Shown in pieces: positions 12,891 through 24,923 of a stretch of 64,000 nt of DNA. Numbering within the stretch: the stretch's first letter is position 1; every line of letters starts with the position of its first letter. A program made the position numbers and the translations under genes. The notes below the pieces were generated by a model. That model ran no database searches. It saw only the letters and a list, made by a program, of their open reading frames with translations, and had not been told where the DNA came from. This stretch comes from Eledone cirrhosa. Taxonomy: Eukaryota. Location: NCBI GenBank assembly GCA_964016885.1, contig OZ024743.1, positions 336,846,001-336,910,000 of the forward strand. Direction: 5' to 3'.

Positions 12891-15800
12891 GAAATGACAG
12901 GAGGCTGGATTTGTGTAAATCCTTGAAAGGTTTATTATACTATGATCATTTCAATGACCGGGTTCCGTATGAATCCGGTAATATCATCAGGTATTCGAAA
13001 TATAATACGTGAATGTAATAGATAAAATCCATGGGGCTGAAAATCGAGGACTCGAGGGCGACCGCTATTCTGTTCATTCAACCTCAGCCGGTCGCTCTGG
13101 AGTGACGTGGCTAAAGTTTATAGTATGCTACTAACGGTCAGATAAACGAAAACAGAAAGGGATGGGAACATAAGTTAACGTCAATCTCATGACACAAAGT
13201 AAAAGAAAGAAAGAAAGGAAGGAGAGAGAAGAAGGGGGAAGAAATAAGAAGGAAGAAATAAGAAGGGGGAAGAAATAAGAAGGAAGAAATAAGAAGGAAG
13301 AGAAGAGAGAAGTAGAAGAGTAAGGGTTGATGGCTACAAGAAGGAAGATAGAAAGAAAGCGGAAGAAAGGTCGATATTAATGTCAGACCACAGTCAGGCC
13401 AGGAGTGGCGCGAGGAAATTTACACAGAGACCCGCATCTTAGCAGAGGTGAATATATTGGGAGTCAGTGTGTTACAGTGTTTAGACTTCTAGGATGAAGT
13501 TAAAAATATTAATAATTAATATTCAATATTAAAGAGGTTAGAAAATTTAAAGTTCAACAGTTTAACATTTTATTATATAATAGTTCCGATTTGTTCTGTG
13601 ATTTAAAGGTACTGTGTGGCGGTTAAAATACCGGCCGCGCCCCGGGCCCCATGGCGAATTAAGCTACGCCGAGTATTTTCATTTACCGAAAGAAGGGGAA
13701 ATTTATTTTTCCAAGCTCTCCAGGTGAGCTCGTTCGCCAGGGAGCTGGTCGCGCCGCCATTAAAACCCACCCAACAGTCCGACAGAAAGTTGGAACTTTA
13801 AAATTTTGCTTAGAGAAGTAGAAGAGTAATGGTTGATGGCTACAAGAAGGAAGATAGAAAGAGAGAGGAAGGAAGGTCGATATTAATGTCACACCACAGT
13901 CGGGCCAGGAGTGGCGCGAGAAAATTTTCACAGGGACCCGCATCTTAGCAGAGGTCAATATATTGGGGATCAGTGTGTTACAATGCTTAGACTTATAGGA
14001 TGAAGTTAAAAAAATTAATAATCAATATTCAATATTAAAGAGGTTAGAAAATTTAAAGTTCAACAGTTTAACACTTTCAGGTTGATATATCTAATAGTTC
14101 CGATTTGTTCTGTAATTTAAAGGTACTATGTGGCGGTTAAAGCACAGGCCACGCCCCGGGCCCCATGGCGAATTAAGCCAAGCCGAGTATTTTCATTTAC
14201 CGAAAGAAGGGGAAATTTATTTTTCCAAGCACTCCAGGTCAGCTCGTGCGCCAGGGAGCTGGTCGCGCCGCCATTAAAACCCACCCAACAGTCCGACAGA
14301 AAGTTGGAACTTGAGAATTTTGCTTAACTCTATCGGATGAAGTTGAAAGAATTCAGAATAACATTATAAAACTAAGGAGTAAGAAGATTGAGAATTGAAC
14401 AAACAGAAAATTGAAGATTAAACATTCAAATAACTTCTATGACGTTTTGGATTGCGGGGTTTAATTAAATAGAGTCTTTTATGAAGAAACGTTAATTGTA
14501 TTATGTAGATCTGTAATTTATCCTAGTGGGATGTAGAGTACGGGATATAGTCGTGTAATGTTTAATTTTTGTTCTCAGGAGGAGACATTCTAGTGTCGTG
14601 TGCTAATGGGTACAGGTCCCAATGTGAGGAGTAGAAATACATGGATACATAGAAGTGGAATACGTGGAAGAGCACATTGGTACAGCAGAGGTATAAATAT
14701 ATAAACATATCAATATATAGGTATAAATATGTAAATAAACCAACAAGAGTGGTGTTGGAGTAAGATGGAGAAATCAAGACATAGGAGAATTACAATATAG
14801 TTCAGGTTGCAGTATTTAAGTTCCGGGGGGGGGGGGGGCAATCCCGTGTCGTGTGCTAAGGGTGCACGCGAGTAAAAGTCCGAATAAGGGAAGTAAAAAG
14901 TACATGGATGTATAGAGGTAGAGTACGTGGAAAGGCATTAATACAGCAAATAAAGATGTGAAGATATAAATAAACAAACAATAGTCGTTGTCTAGTAAAT
15001 GTAGAGTTCAAGACACAGGAGAAATACAATATAGTTCAGGTTGCGGTATTTATGTTCCCAGGGGGAGATATTCCAGTGACGTGTGCTAAGGGTACACGCA
15101 ACTTGAACTATATTGTATTTCTTCTGTGTTCTCCTGTGTCTTGAACTCTCCATTTAATAGACAACACCTCTTGTTTGTTTATTTATATCTTTACATCTTT
15201 ATTTGCTGTATTAATGCTTGTCCCCGTATTCTCTATTCATCCATGTACTTTCTACTTCCCTTATTCGGACTTTTACTCGCGTGTACCCTTAGCACACGTC
15301 ACTGGAATATCCTCCCTGGGAACATAAATACCGCAACCTGAACTATATTGTATTTCTCCTGTGTTGTATTTCTCCTGTATTGTATTTCTCCTGCGGGTCC
15401 CTGTGAAAATTTTCTCGCGCCGCTCCTGGCCCGACTGTGGTGTGACATTAATATCGACCTTCCTTCCTCTCTCTTTCTATTTTCCTTCTTGTAGCCATCA
15501 ACCATTACTCTTCTACTTCTCTAAGCAAAATTTTAAAGTTCCAACTTTCTGTCGGACTGTTGGGTGGGTTTTAATGGTGGCGCGACCAGCTCCCTGGCGA
15601 ACGAGCTCACCTGGAGTGCTTGGAAAAATAAATTTCTCCTTCTTTCGGTAAATGAAAATACTCGGCGTGGCTTAATTCGCCATGGGGCCCGGGGCGCGGC
15701 CGGTGTTTTAACCGCCACATAGTACCTTTAAATCACAGAACAAATCGGAACTATTATATAATAAAATGTTAAACTGTTGAACTTTAAATTTTCTAACCTC

Positions 15801-16669
15801 TTTAATATTGAATATTGATTATTAATTTTTTTAACTTCATCATAGAAGTCTAAACACTGTAACACACTGACTCCCAATATATTCACCTCTGCTAAGATGC
15901 GGGTCTCTGTGAAAATTTCCTCGCGCCACTCCTGGCCTGACTGTGGTCTGACATTAATATCGACCTTTCTTCCGCTTTCTTTCTATCTTCCTTCTTGTAG
16001 CCATCAACCCTTACTCTTCTATTTCTCTCTTCTCTTCCTTCTCTTCTCCCCTCTTCTTGTCTTCCTCCCGCAGACTTATCTTCCTCCTCCCTCTTGCTTG
16101 CCTATATCTGACCGGTAGTAGTTGCCTTTCTTCTTTTAGCTGACATTAACCCTGGCTTCTCTTCTTCTTTCTTCCCCCTTCTTCTCTCTCCTTCCTTTCT
16201 TTCTTTCTTTTACCTTGTGTCATGAGATTGACGTTAACTTATGTTCCCATCCCTTTCTGTTTTCGTTTATCTGACCGGTAGTAGCATACTATAAACTTTA
16301 GCCACGTCACTCCAGGGCGACCGGCTGAGGTTGAAGGAACAGAATAGCGGTCGCCCTCCGGTCCTCGATTTTCAGCCCCATGGATTTTATCTATTACATT
16401 CACGTATTATATTTCGAATACCTGATGATATCACCGGATTCATACGGAACCCGGTCATTGAAATGATCATAGTATAATAAACCTTTCAAGGATTTACACA
16501 AATCCAGCCTCCTGTCATTTCATTATAATATTTAACTCCGTAATAGCACCACCAACTACAAAAACAAAGACGGTTGAACTGCCTTACGTTGAGTACGCTC
16601 TATATTATTGCATTACGATTGACCATACGGAATAGACCAGCTCTATACAATGGTGAACCTCAAACCTGA

Positions 16670-16672
<3 letters not shown>
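12885..16672. mobile_element. Family B ~3.8 kb inverted composite with internal ~500 bp tandem subunit
   Basis: 12885-14330 (-) mirrors 15390-16530 (+). Inner inverted pair centred near 15100. An HHR near each outer end, (TA)n on both flanks, no credible ORF. Confidence 0.8.
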
Positions 16673-16726
<54 letters not shown>

Positions 16727-16904
16727 AATAACAGGTGGCTGGACTGGTGTAATTCCTTAAAAGGTTTATACTATGATCCCTTTCATGACCGGGTTCAGTA
16801 TAAATCCGGTGACATCATCAGGTATTTGAAATTTAACAAAGGAATATAATAGACAAAATCCATGGGGCTGAAAAGCAGAGAGAGGATATATCTATATATA
16901 TATA

Positions 16905-19295
16905 TATAACGAAGGAAATATGGTAAGGAACCAGATGGACCATAACGCACCAAAGTACTCAATACTTAGGGTAGTAGAGTGGGTAATAGGAACGACTAGT
17001 ACCCCGACGGCTGAGCTCAAGCCGTTTCGACGGCTAATTATGGACTAAATGAACATTTTTATCCTGGTATATGAATAGCCGAGCTTCACAGGGGGTAATT
17101 CCATATATGGTAAAAGTGATTGTCACAACGATTGGTCAAAAGTTTGTTGTTGTGACACATAATTCTATCATGGCAATTTGTGGAAGGAAGGGGTAGCTGA
17201 ACCTGCCAGTAGAAGAAAGAGGGAGGGGGAGTGGAGGAGACCCAGTCGTGCGTTGATAGTGCCAACTACAGCAGGATCCTAAGGGCAGGAGGTCAAGCAA
17301 GTATACTAGGGAGGAGGAGGGGGAGGAAGTCGAAACAATAAGTAAATCAATATGGAGTAAATATATAGAATAATAATAAGAATGTTAAAAATATAAAAAA
17401 ACAATTTCTGGTTACTATTCCCTTACCACAATCATCAAGTCTCTGACTGGTACTGCTAAACTATAGAAAAGTTTACTAGGTGGGACGTAATTGTAGTGAG
17501 AGAATTTTATGAGTTAGTAGTAATCAACCAAGTATATCTTACAGTGACAGGTCAACAAGTAGGGGGCCAAAATACTAAAGGAACTACTACGAAATAATAA
17601 TTCAGAGTCCCGAAACTAATACGAAATAATAATTCAGAATCCCGAAAATGAATACTAATTCTATATATAAGGGTGCCGCTACGATACAAAAATTCTAGTA
17701 CAAACTACATAAATGCTCGTACGATATATATGAAAAATTGATACGGGAAATTAATTCAGAATCCCCCCCCCTAAAAAAAAATTATTATGGGGTTTGAGGG
17801 CGAGGTAAGTACTACGCAATCTGTGTTTGCATGCAGTTACCAGTTCGTCTTTCTTGTTGAGGAGTTGGTCCGTCGAAAACAACATTTGTAAAGTTTCCTC
17901 CGAGCATAAATTGCACGGACCGCGTCCTCCCGTGTAAGAGTTGGCTCTGGACATTAAGCTCCAAGTGAGATCATAGGTAATATTGTTATCTTTGACGTCC
18001 CAGATGTGGCCCGAAAGTGTGGTGGCGTGACGCCGGGCCGGGTTTCGGAAAGTATGTCTGTGTTGGTATAGCCGGGTCTTGAAATCACATGCGGTTAATC
18101 CTATATAAGGTTTGTTGGAGGTGTCCGTCCTTACGTTGCACTGGTAGATCACATTACGATCTCTGCATCTGTTGTCGAGGGGGAAAATGGATCCATCAGG
18201 ACAGTTGCACCTCCTGGTCGGTTCTCCACTGCTATTTAGGTTATTTCTTCCATAGGGGTTGAGTTTTTTGTTGTTAGAGGAGACGATGTTTTGTGCAAAG
18301 TTAGGTGTGGTGCTGTAGGAGAGAGTTTGATGGTATTTTTGTTAATTATGTTGTGGTAGCGGTGTTGTAGTGGGAAGTGTTTTTCGATGAGCCTAAAGAA
18401 GATTTTCCCGATAGGTGTTGTCACCTCAGCGTTGTGGGGAGGATTGAACCATGTTACATTGCGTGAGCGGCGGTGTCGCCTGCTGGTTCCGCTAATGGAA
18501 GCTGCACAGTAGGATATTTCCTCCCGGAAGCCACTCCGCTTGAGGGCCTGGTTGTAATAAGGCGCATGTTCCTCGAATATCTCTCATTAGCGGACAAACG
18601 AGATATGCGGAGGGAGATGTTTTTAACCAGATTATTGGTGATGTTCCTAGGATGATTTGACCGGCGGTGGATGTAGTGCAGGTTGTCGTTGTGTTTCCTG
18701 TATGGGTAGTACAGGTCATTATCGAGGTCAAGGGTAACGTCCAGGAAGTTTACTCGGGTCAGGGACGTTTGTAGGGTTATTTTAAATCCCTAGTCGCGGA
18801 AGAAGCTGATTAATTGTTTACGGACCCGGTCTGTACTACTGGGGTTGTACCCTTTAAGGGTAAGGAGCCCATCATCACGGTACAATCCACCGTCAAATGC
18901 AGGAAACATATCGGTGAGTTTAACTAGTAGGAATAATCCTATAAGATCTGTGACCTCAGCCGAATCCGTCGCGCCCATGCTGACGTCGAAGGGTGAGTCG
19001 GGAGCTCTCTTTATCCATTTGGAGTTGTCGAAAATAGGACTGTCTTCCTGGCGTGGAGGATGATGTTTCTTTCCTGGTCGGTAATGGGCGCAAGTGTCTC
19101 GGCAAAGTCCAAGGCAGCCGTAAGTAGCGGTAAGGTAATTGAAGCATAGTAACTCTCTATGTCAAACTGGATTAATTTTGTGTTTCGTTTGTCCTCCATA
19201 TTGCTGAACCATGAAATTACTTCCTGGGTGTTGACCCATAGGCTAAGTCTGGCGTTTTGCTTAACTTTTGGTATAATGTGGCCTAGGATTTTTTG
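16905..19295 (-). mobile_element. Naiad-type PLE, 5'-truncated and frameshifted
   Basis: IQFDIESYYASI, MGATDSAEVTDLIG, GGLYRDDG, WFNPP, C-terminal GIY-YIG (YIGLTACDFKTR; CNLCSEE). pLTR with HHR at 17000-17097. Confidence 0.9.
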
Positions 19296-19670
19296 AAGTG
19301 TGTATATATGAAAACAACGTACGATGTAATGTTTTCATTAAAACCTGATTAGGAAAATAATAGGTAAATGTCTACATATGCTTTCTGAGATATATATATC
19401 TTTAAGAAATTCTTTACTGCATTAATACAGTATTATTTCACATTTTGTATGAGTTTCAAACTAACGAAATATTTTATAAACATCACATCTTTCTACGTTA
19501 AAAAGATTAGTAAAAAATAAACACTGCAATTTCTCCTTTCTAATAACTACTGCTATAACCAATTAACAGCTTTAATGTATTTTAACATATGAAAAACACC
19601 CATAACTTTTTATGTCTAGCATGTCCAAAGAAATATATTTCTCATGCTCTTTACTATGAATCTTGTATAA

Positions 19671-20898
19671 TCTACTATATAAATGGTAATTTCTGTCTGT
19701 CTGTGTATCTGTGTATAACCAGTTGGCGCCTACACCAGTGATCCGATCCTGATGAAACTTTACACACATGTTAATCTCATATTCAGAAACAGGACTGGTT
19801 AATTGGATTTCAATAAAAATGGAACCCCTGGGAACATCTTTACAATGGAGGAGGAAAGAGAAGACGTTTCAGTGAGAGACGGGGAAGAAGAGATACTACT
19901 ACTGTATGTTAAACCTTCCCTCCCACTACTCCCCTTCCTCCTCTAAAACGAGGCAACAACTTATTAGAAATATACATAAAGAAATTTCAAAAAAAGCACA
20001 CGACAATCTAATTTTGGTTGACGACTGAACAGATCTATCCGCTGATATGGATTCTGAACACGTGCACACGCTTAGGTCACATTAAGGTCAACTGCAGAAA
20101 TCGGTGATAAGTTACAATAAAGTGTGATGATCAATGACCTGATGTTGGCTTACCATGAGATTAGTCCGAAGAATAAAACCCAAATCGTATCTTGACGAAT
20201 ATTCGTACTCCCGGCATGTTAATTGTAACATGCAGTCTTTTGGAGTAGAGTTTGTTTGTCGATATTTCGAGGTGTCGGATCGGAGGAAGATTAACACGAA
20301 TTAAGAAGTTGTAACTTCTCCCCCATCATTGACACTTTGTAACAGTGAACGTTACAAGGCCCTTTTTAGGGCCAACACTTCTGATTGTTTATCCGACTTA
20401 TTATGGAATGTTTTCTCGGGTCATGTCTACTATAGGTGGAAAACGAGGTGGTTTTATTGAATTGCTTCAGTCATTCGAAGGGATTTACAAACGGTGATAT
20501 ACAGGGTGCTTGAACATTACCTGAATATGTTCATTCGGTTATAATTTCTTCAAAAATTGCGATGACTTCCTCAATTGTTCTGTGTTTGTTCTTGAACGCT
20601 AAGGCAGTAAGTTTGCTATTGTTATACATAAGTTTGTTGAATAAGTTCGATACTCTTCGAGCTCAAACTTCCCCGGCTTATTCACTCTGAATGAAGAAAG
20701 CTGGATGGAAGAAGGATTTATGACTTAAGCAGCTATTGATCGTTCTACACAAAATAATTTATCTGCCATAAACACACCTAGCAAAGGTTGCTATTGAAAA
20801 TCCTGTATGGGCACCCAGGGTCGCTAGCATTTTCAGGCGCACTCAGGGAACTGCGAATAACCCCACCATTCCCAAGTATTATCGGGTACTGCAGCTAG
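19671..20898 (+). mobile_element. Non-autonomous Helitron
   Basis: 5' end A|TCTACTATATAAATGG, 3' end CTAG|T preceded by a degenerate CCC..GGG hairpin. AT target and no TSD. Confidence 0.7.
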
Positions 20899-21076
20899 TT
20901 CTTATTATATTTGTCTTATTATATTTCCTGAAGGCTTTGTGTAAAGCATCTATAATAGAGTTACTTAACTTATAATATCAGTTTTTTTCTTCACAATTGA
21001 TGAAATATTATGGTCGCATAAATAAGTAATAATAATTTTAATCATGGGTTTTATTGAATGTTGAGTTATATATATG

Positions 21077-21182
<106 letters not shown>

Positions 21183-21328
21183 TATAATAGAAAAAACGAG
21201 GAAGTTTCGTTTACATATGAAAAATATTTATTGCGTATCGACTGTTACGCACGTTTCGCAGAGGATTGGCTCAGGATGACCCATAGGAGTTATGGAGCCG
21301 AATGTGTGTTGGTCAGCCAAAGAGTTGA

Positions 21329-22172
21329 TTTGCAAATCGAGTGAGTTAGTCGGCCGGGCGCAGCGAAAACGATAAATGCAAATTAGGCTGCTCAGCCGTT
21401 AATATGCATAAGCAAAATATATACTTTCACACGTTCAATCATCTGACAGAAAGGTATATGATGCTGACGATAGCTAATAAGCTTGAAACTAGTACAAAAG
21501 GGCGACGATGGTTTCCGAGCACTGTACGGCGTAATTTGGGCTGTTTGTTTACAAATAAACCGAACATTATAATAAATGTTCGGTAAACCCATACGTAAAT
21601 ATATATATATATGTGTGTGCATGTATGTATATATATATATACATACTACTGTACGTTTGTACAAATATATGTATGTACGTATAAATACATATATTTAGGT
21701 ATCAGCCGTACTAAGAGTGAGAAATGAAATTTCGTTTCATTCTTTTCCATTTATCGTTTTCGGTGCGCCCGGCCGACTAACTCACTCGATATGCAAATTA
21801 GGCTGCTCAGCCGTTAATATGCATAAGGAAAGTATATACTTTCACACGTTCAATCATCTGACAGAAGGGTATACGATGCTGACGATAGCTAATAAGCTTG
21901 AAACTAGTACATCGTTCCTGTGTCAGTGTTGAACAAAAGAGCGACGATGGTTGCCGAGCACTGTTCGGCGTAATTCGGGCTGTTTGTTTACAAATAAACA
22001 GAACATTATAATAAATGCTCGGTACACCCATACGTACATATATATATATGTGTGCATGTATGTATATATATACATACTACTGTACGTCTGTACACTTATA
22101 TCTATGTACGTATAAATACTTATATTTAGGTATCAGCCGTACTAAGAGTGAGAAATGAAATTTCGTTTCATT

Positions 22173-22175
<3 letters not shown>
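21329..22175 (+). mobile_element. Family A head-to-tail dimer (period 431 nt)
   Basis: ACTAAGAGTG recurs at 21710 and 22141. Each unit has the HHR; the first is deleted just 3' of the cleavage site. Confidence 0.9.
21873..21915 (+). ncRNA. Type I hammerhead ribozyme (family A)
   Basis: ACGATG-CTGACGA-TAGCT-aata-AGCTT-GAAA-CTAG-TA|CATCGT. Stem I is 6 bp and stem III is the palindrome ACTAGT. Confidence 0.9.
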
Positions 22176-22265
<90 letters not shown>

Positions 22266-22992
22266 AAATAGTAGAGAGGAAATAATTTTTTCAGTTGAAA
22301 ATACTGAAGAGATTCTTTCAGTGTAATATCAAAACATTTATTTATAAAGTAGATCTTTCCGCATTTAATAATGGTACCGGTTTCAGCATTATATGCTTTT
22401 TCAACTGCGGATATGCATAATGTACTTATGTTGCATATTTATACGAATGATGAAAATGGGAAGGAAAATTATTAGTTTCTACAAACATATTTAGAGAGTA
22501 TCTTCCATTCTACTCATGCCACCCTAGACACACCAAAATGAGCATCCCTTACAACCTAGCCAAAAGGATCTGCACAATAGTATCTGACAAATACACATGC
22601 TATATACGACTAGAAGGATTAAAGAACACACTTATAAACAGGAATTACCCACCATCCCTAATCAACAATGGATTTCAACGTGCCCTAAAACTCAACATCC
22701 AGGAACTTTGACACCCCAAACGAAAGAATGAACCGAAACTGAAAACTCTACCATACATCTCCACGCACAACCCCCTTAATAATAAGGCATTCGACACCAT
22801 CCTCCAGAACATACCTTTACTAAAAAGAGACCCAAGAATGAATCAAATCCTTCAAACATACAACATCATAAAGAGCAAAAGACAACCCAAATCAATAAAA
22901 AACATCCTTACACAGGACAAAGTCCAGCCGACCTTCACAGTAAAAAAAATGCGGAAGACTCAACTGTGGTATATGTATCAATCTAATAGAGG

Positions 22993-23411
22993 TGTAGTAA
23001 CTATGGCGACAGTGTGTTGACTATAGCAACGCAGTGTCGCCACCTGTGGGTAACACAAAAAATAGCGAATTACTTCTCGGCGTTCTCTAAAAGAAGAGAC
23101 GCCAATGCAAAACTCAAGAGATTTGGTTTTCAATTCCAGTCGTCTTTGTCCTGCCACTTGGACGTACTTTGTAAAAACGCTTGTTTTTGACCAAGAGATT
23201 TTCATATCTCTTCTTGAATGTAAGAATTAAGCCATTGCCGTTTAGCTTGCAGGGTATGTCCTATGAATGTAATTATTATGTCATGTTTTATTAAATGAAT
23301 CAGTTAATAAAAGATTAGCCTTGTTATCGTTAAAGCCCTTCTGTTTTAATTATTACTCTTAGAGAGATGAGATGTCGTTCACACACCTGGACGATATATC
23401 ATTATTCTTTA
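22993..23411 (+). repeat. 5' LTR (TG...TA)
   Basis: Direct repeat of 28514-28933. By eye, about 4 substitutions and 1 indel. Confidence 0.95.
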
Positions 23412-23412
23412 T

Positions 23413-23425
23413 TGGTGACCCCGAC
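23413..23425 (+). promoter_or_regulatory. Primer-binding site, tRNA-Trp
   Basis: TGGTGACCCCGAC is complementary to the 3' end GTCGGGGTCACCA of animal tRNA-Trp. Confidence 0.85.
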
Positions 23426-24086
23426 TAAGAACAACTTTTAAAATTCTTCTGTATTTAAAATTCTTCTGTATTGCTGAATTGTATCTCCTTCTGACCTGCC
23501 TTGCAAGCATAGTTAGATAAAAACAAAAAAAATTTATCACAACTCATCCAGCGTTTTATCAACAATGATATTTATTTTATGTACAAAGTGTGCGACGCTG
23601 CACATATATATATGGAATTCAGGCCCGTTGTTGTTTGGTATCTTGTCTTTGAATGAACAATATTTTTCCTTTTGCATCAACTTCTCTCTTTGAAAAAAAA
23701 AAAAAAAAAAAAAAAAGGATTTCTCTGGATATAAAATTTTGCTTTGAACCTTCTGTTAAAATAACAAAATGGAGACTCAAAAATTTTGTTTTCCCGCGTA
23801 CAGCTTGTCTTCTTCAATCCCAGCCATCTGATTGGCTGCACCGTGCCACATGACGGCTTCTTCATCACAAACACATTTTTCAATCGGCCATCTTGGGATT
23901 TTCTTACCAAATAATTTTCATGGAAAATAATCTTTTTTTATTATACAAATTTTATTTTGGCCGGCAAGAATTTTCAAAAAGAATTTCAGTTGAATTCGCG
24001 TGAATAAGATTTTGGATTCCAGTGTCATTTTTTGGTCGCATAGCTGCTTCGAAGAAATAATTTGGCCTTAAAAATTCATCAAATCT

Positions 24087-24923
24087 TTGGGCATCATGAA
24101 TCAACATCATCTGCCGTCCTTCGCAGGCGACATCAAGTTATGGTTTTTGCAGCTTGAATGCTATTTTGATTTAACCAAAACCAAAGAACAGCATAAACTG
24201 AAGGTACTAGTTAGTGGCTTGCCTGTGTCTTTGGCATATTCTGTGAAGGATGTGGTAACCAATTTAGCCGCGGACGTTACTTATGGCTCGTTGAAAGGGG
24301 AAATTATTCGGAGGAATACCAAGTCAGCGGAAAGTCGTTTTCGGGAATTGTTAGATGATGCGCAAATGGGTGACAGGACGCCAAGCTCCTATTTGCGACA
24401 TCTGCGGGAATTGAGCGACTCCCAGGGGATGGACACCCCATTCCTCAAACAACTATTTTTCTCTCGTTTACCGCCAAGTGCGCAGATGGTCTTGGTCAAT
24501 AATTTGGAGAGGGAATCGTTAGATCAACTTGCCGCATCCGCGGATAGACTACTAGAGGTGGACTCTAACAGCAGTCGGCATAATCCTTGTGTGGCTTCTT
24601 CTTCTGTTCCCCCACGCAATTCTTCTGTGGCCGACAGAAAACTGTTGGAGATGATCGAAGTGCTCGCCCAAAAAGTGGAGGATTTGACCGTACAACACAG
24701 AGACCCTTCTCAACGTTTGAGGTACCGTTCGCCTCCGTCTGCTATTCCTCGAAACCGCTACGAGTACCGTTCGCCGCGGTCTTCTATTCAACGCCAGCAC
24801 TACAACGCAGACAACAATAATTTTTCTTTTTGTTGGTATCATGCTAACTTCGGCAGTAGGGCACAACGTTGTCGCACGCCCTGTAATTACAAGAGATCGG
24901 AAAACGCAAAGCAGAGCCACTAG
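24087..24923 (+). CDS. gag: Gag (likely start at the internal ATG of MNQHHLPSF)
   Basis: LPSF...WFLQLE, MGDRTPSSYLRHL, CWYH..FG..A..C..PC zinc knuckle. Confidence 0.9.
   Translation: MGIMNQHHLPSFAGDIKLWFLQLECYFDLTKTKEQHKLKVLVSGLPVSLAYSVKDVVTNLAADVTYGSLKGEIIRRNTKSAESRFRELLDDAQMGDRTPSSYLRHLRELSDSQGMDTPFLKQLFFSRLPPSAQMVLVNNLERESLDQLAASADRLLEVDSNSSRHNPCVASSSVPPRNSSVADRKLLEMIEVLAQKVEDLTVQHRDPSQRLRYRSPPSAIPRNRYEYRSPRSSIQRQHYNADNNNFSFCWYHANFGSRAQRCRTPCNYKRSENAKQSH

Noticed and set aside
13600-15960. Possible HDV-like ribozymes in family B (TCCTCGC and GGCGAAT strings)
   Set aside because: P1, P2 and P3 could not be paired consistently across copies.
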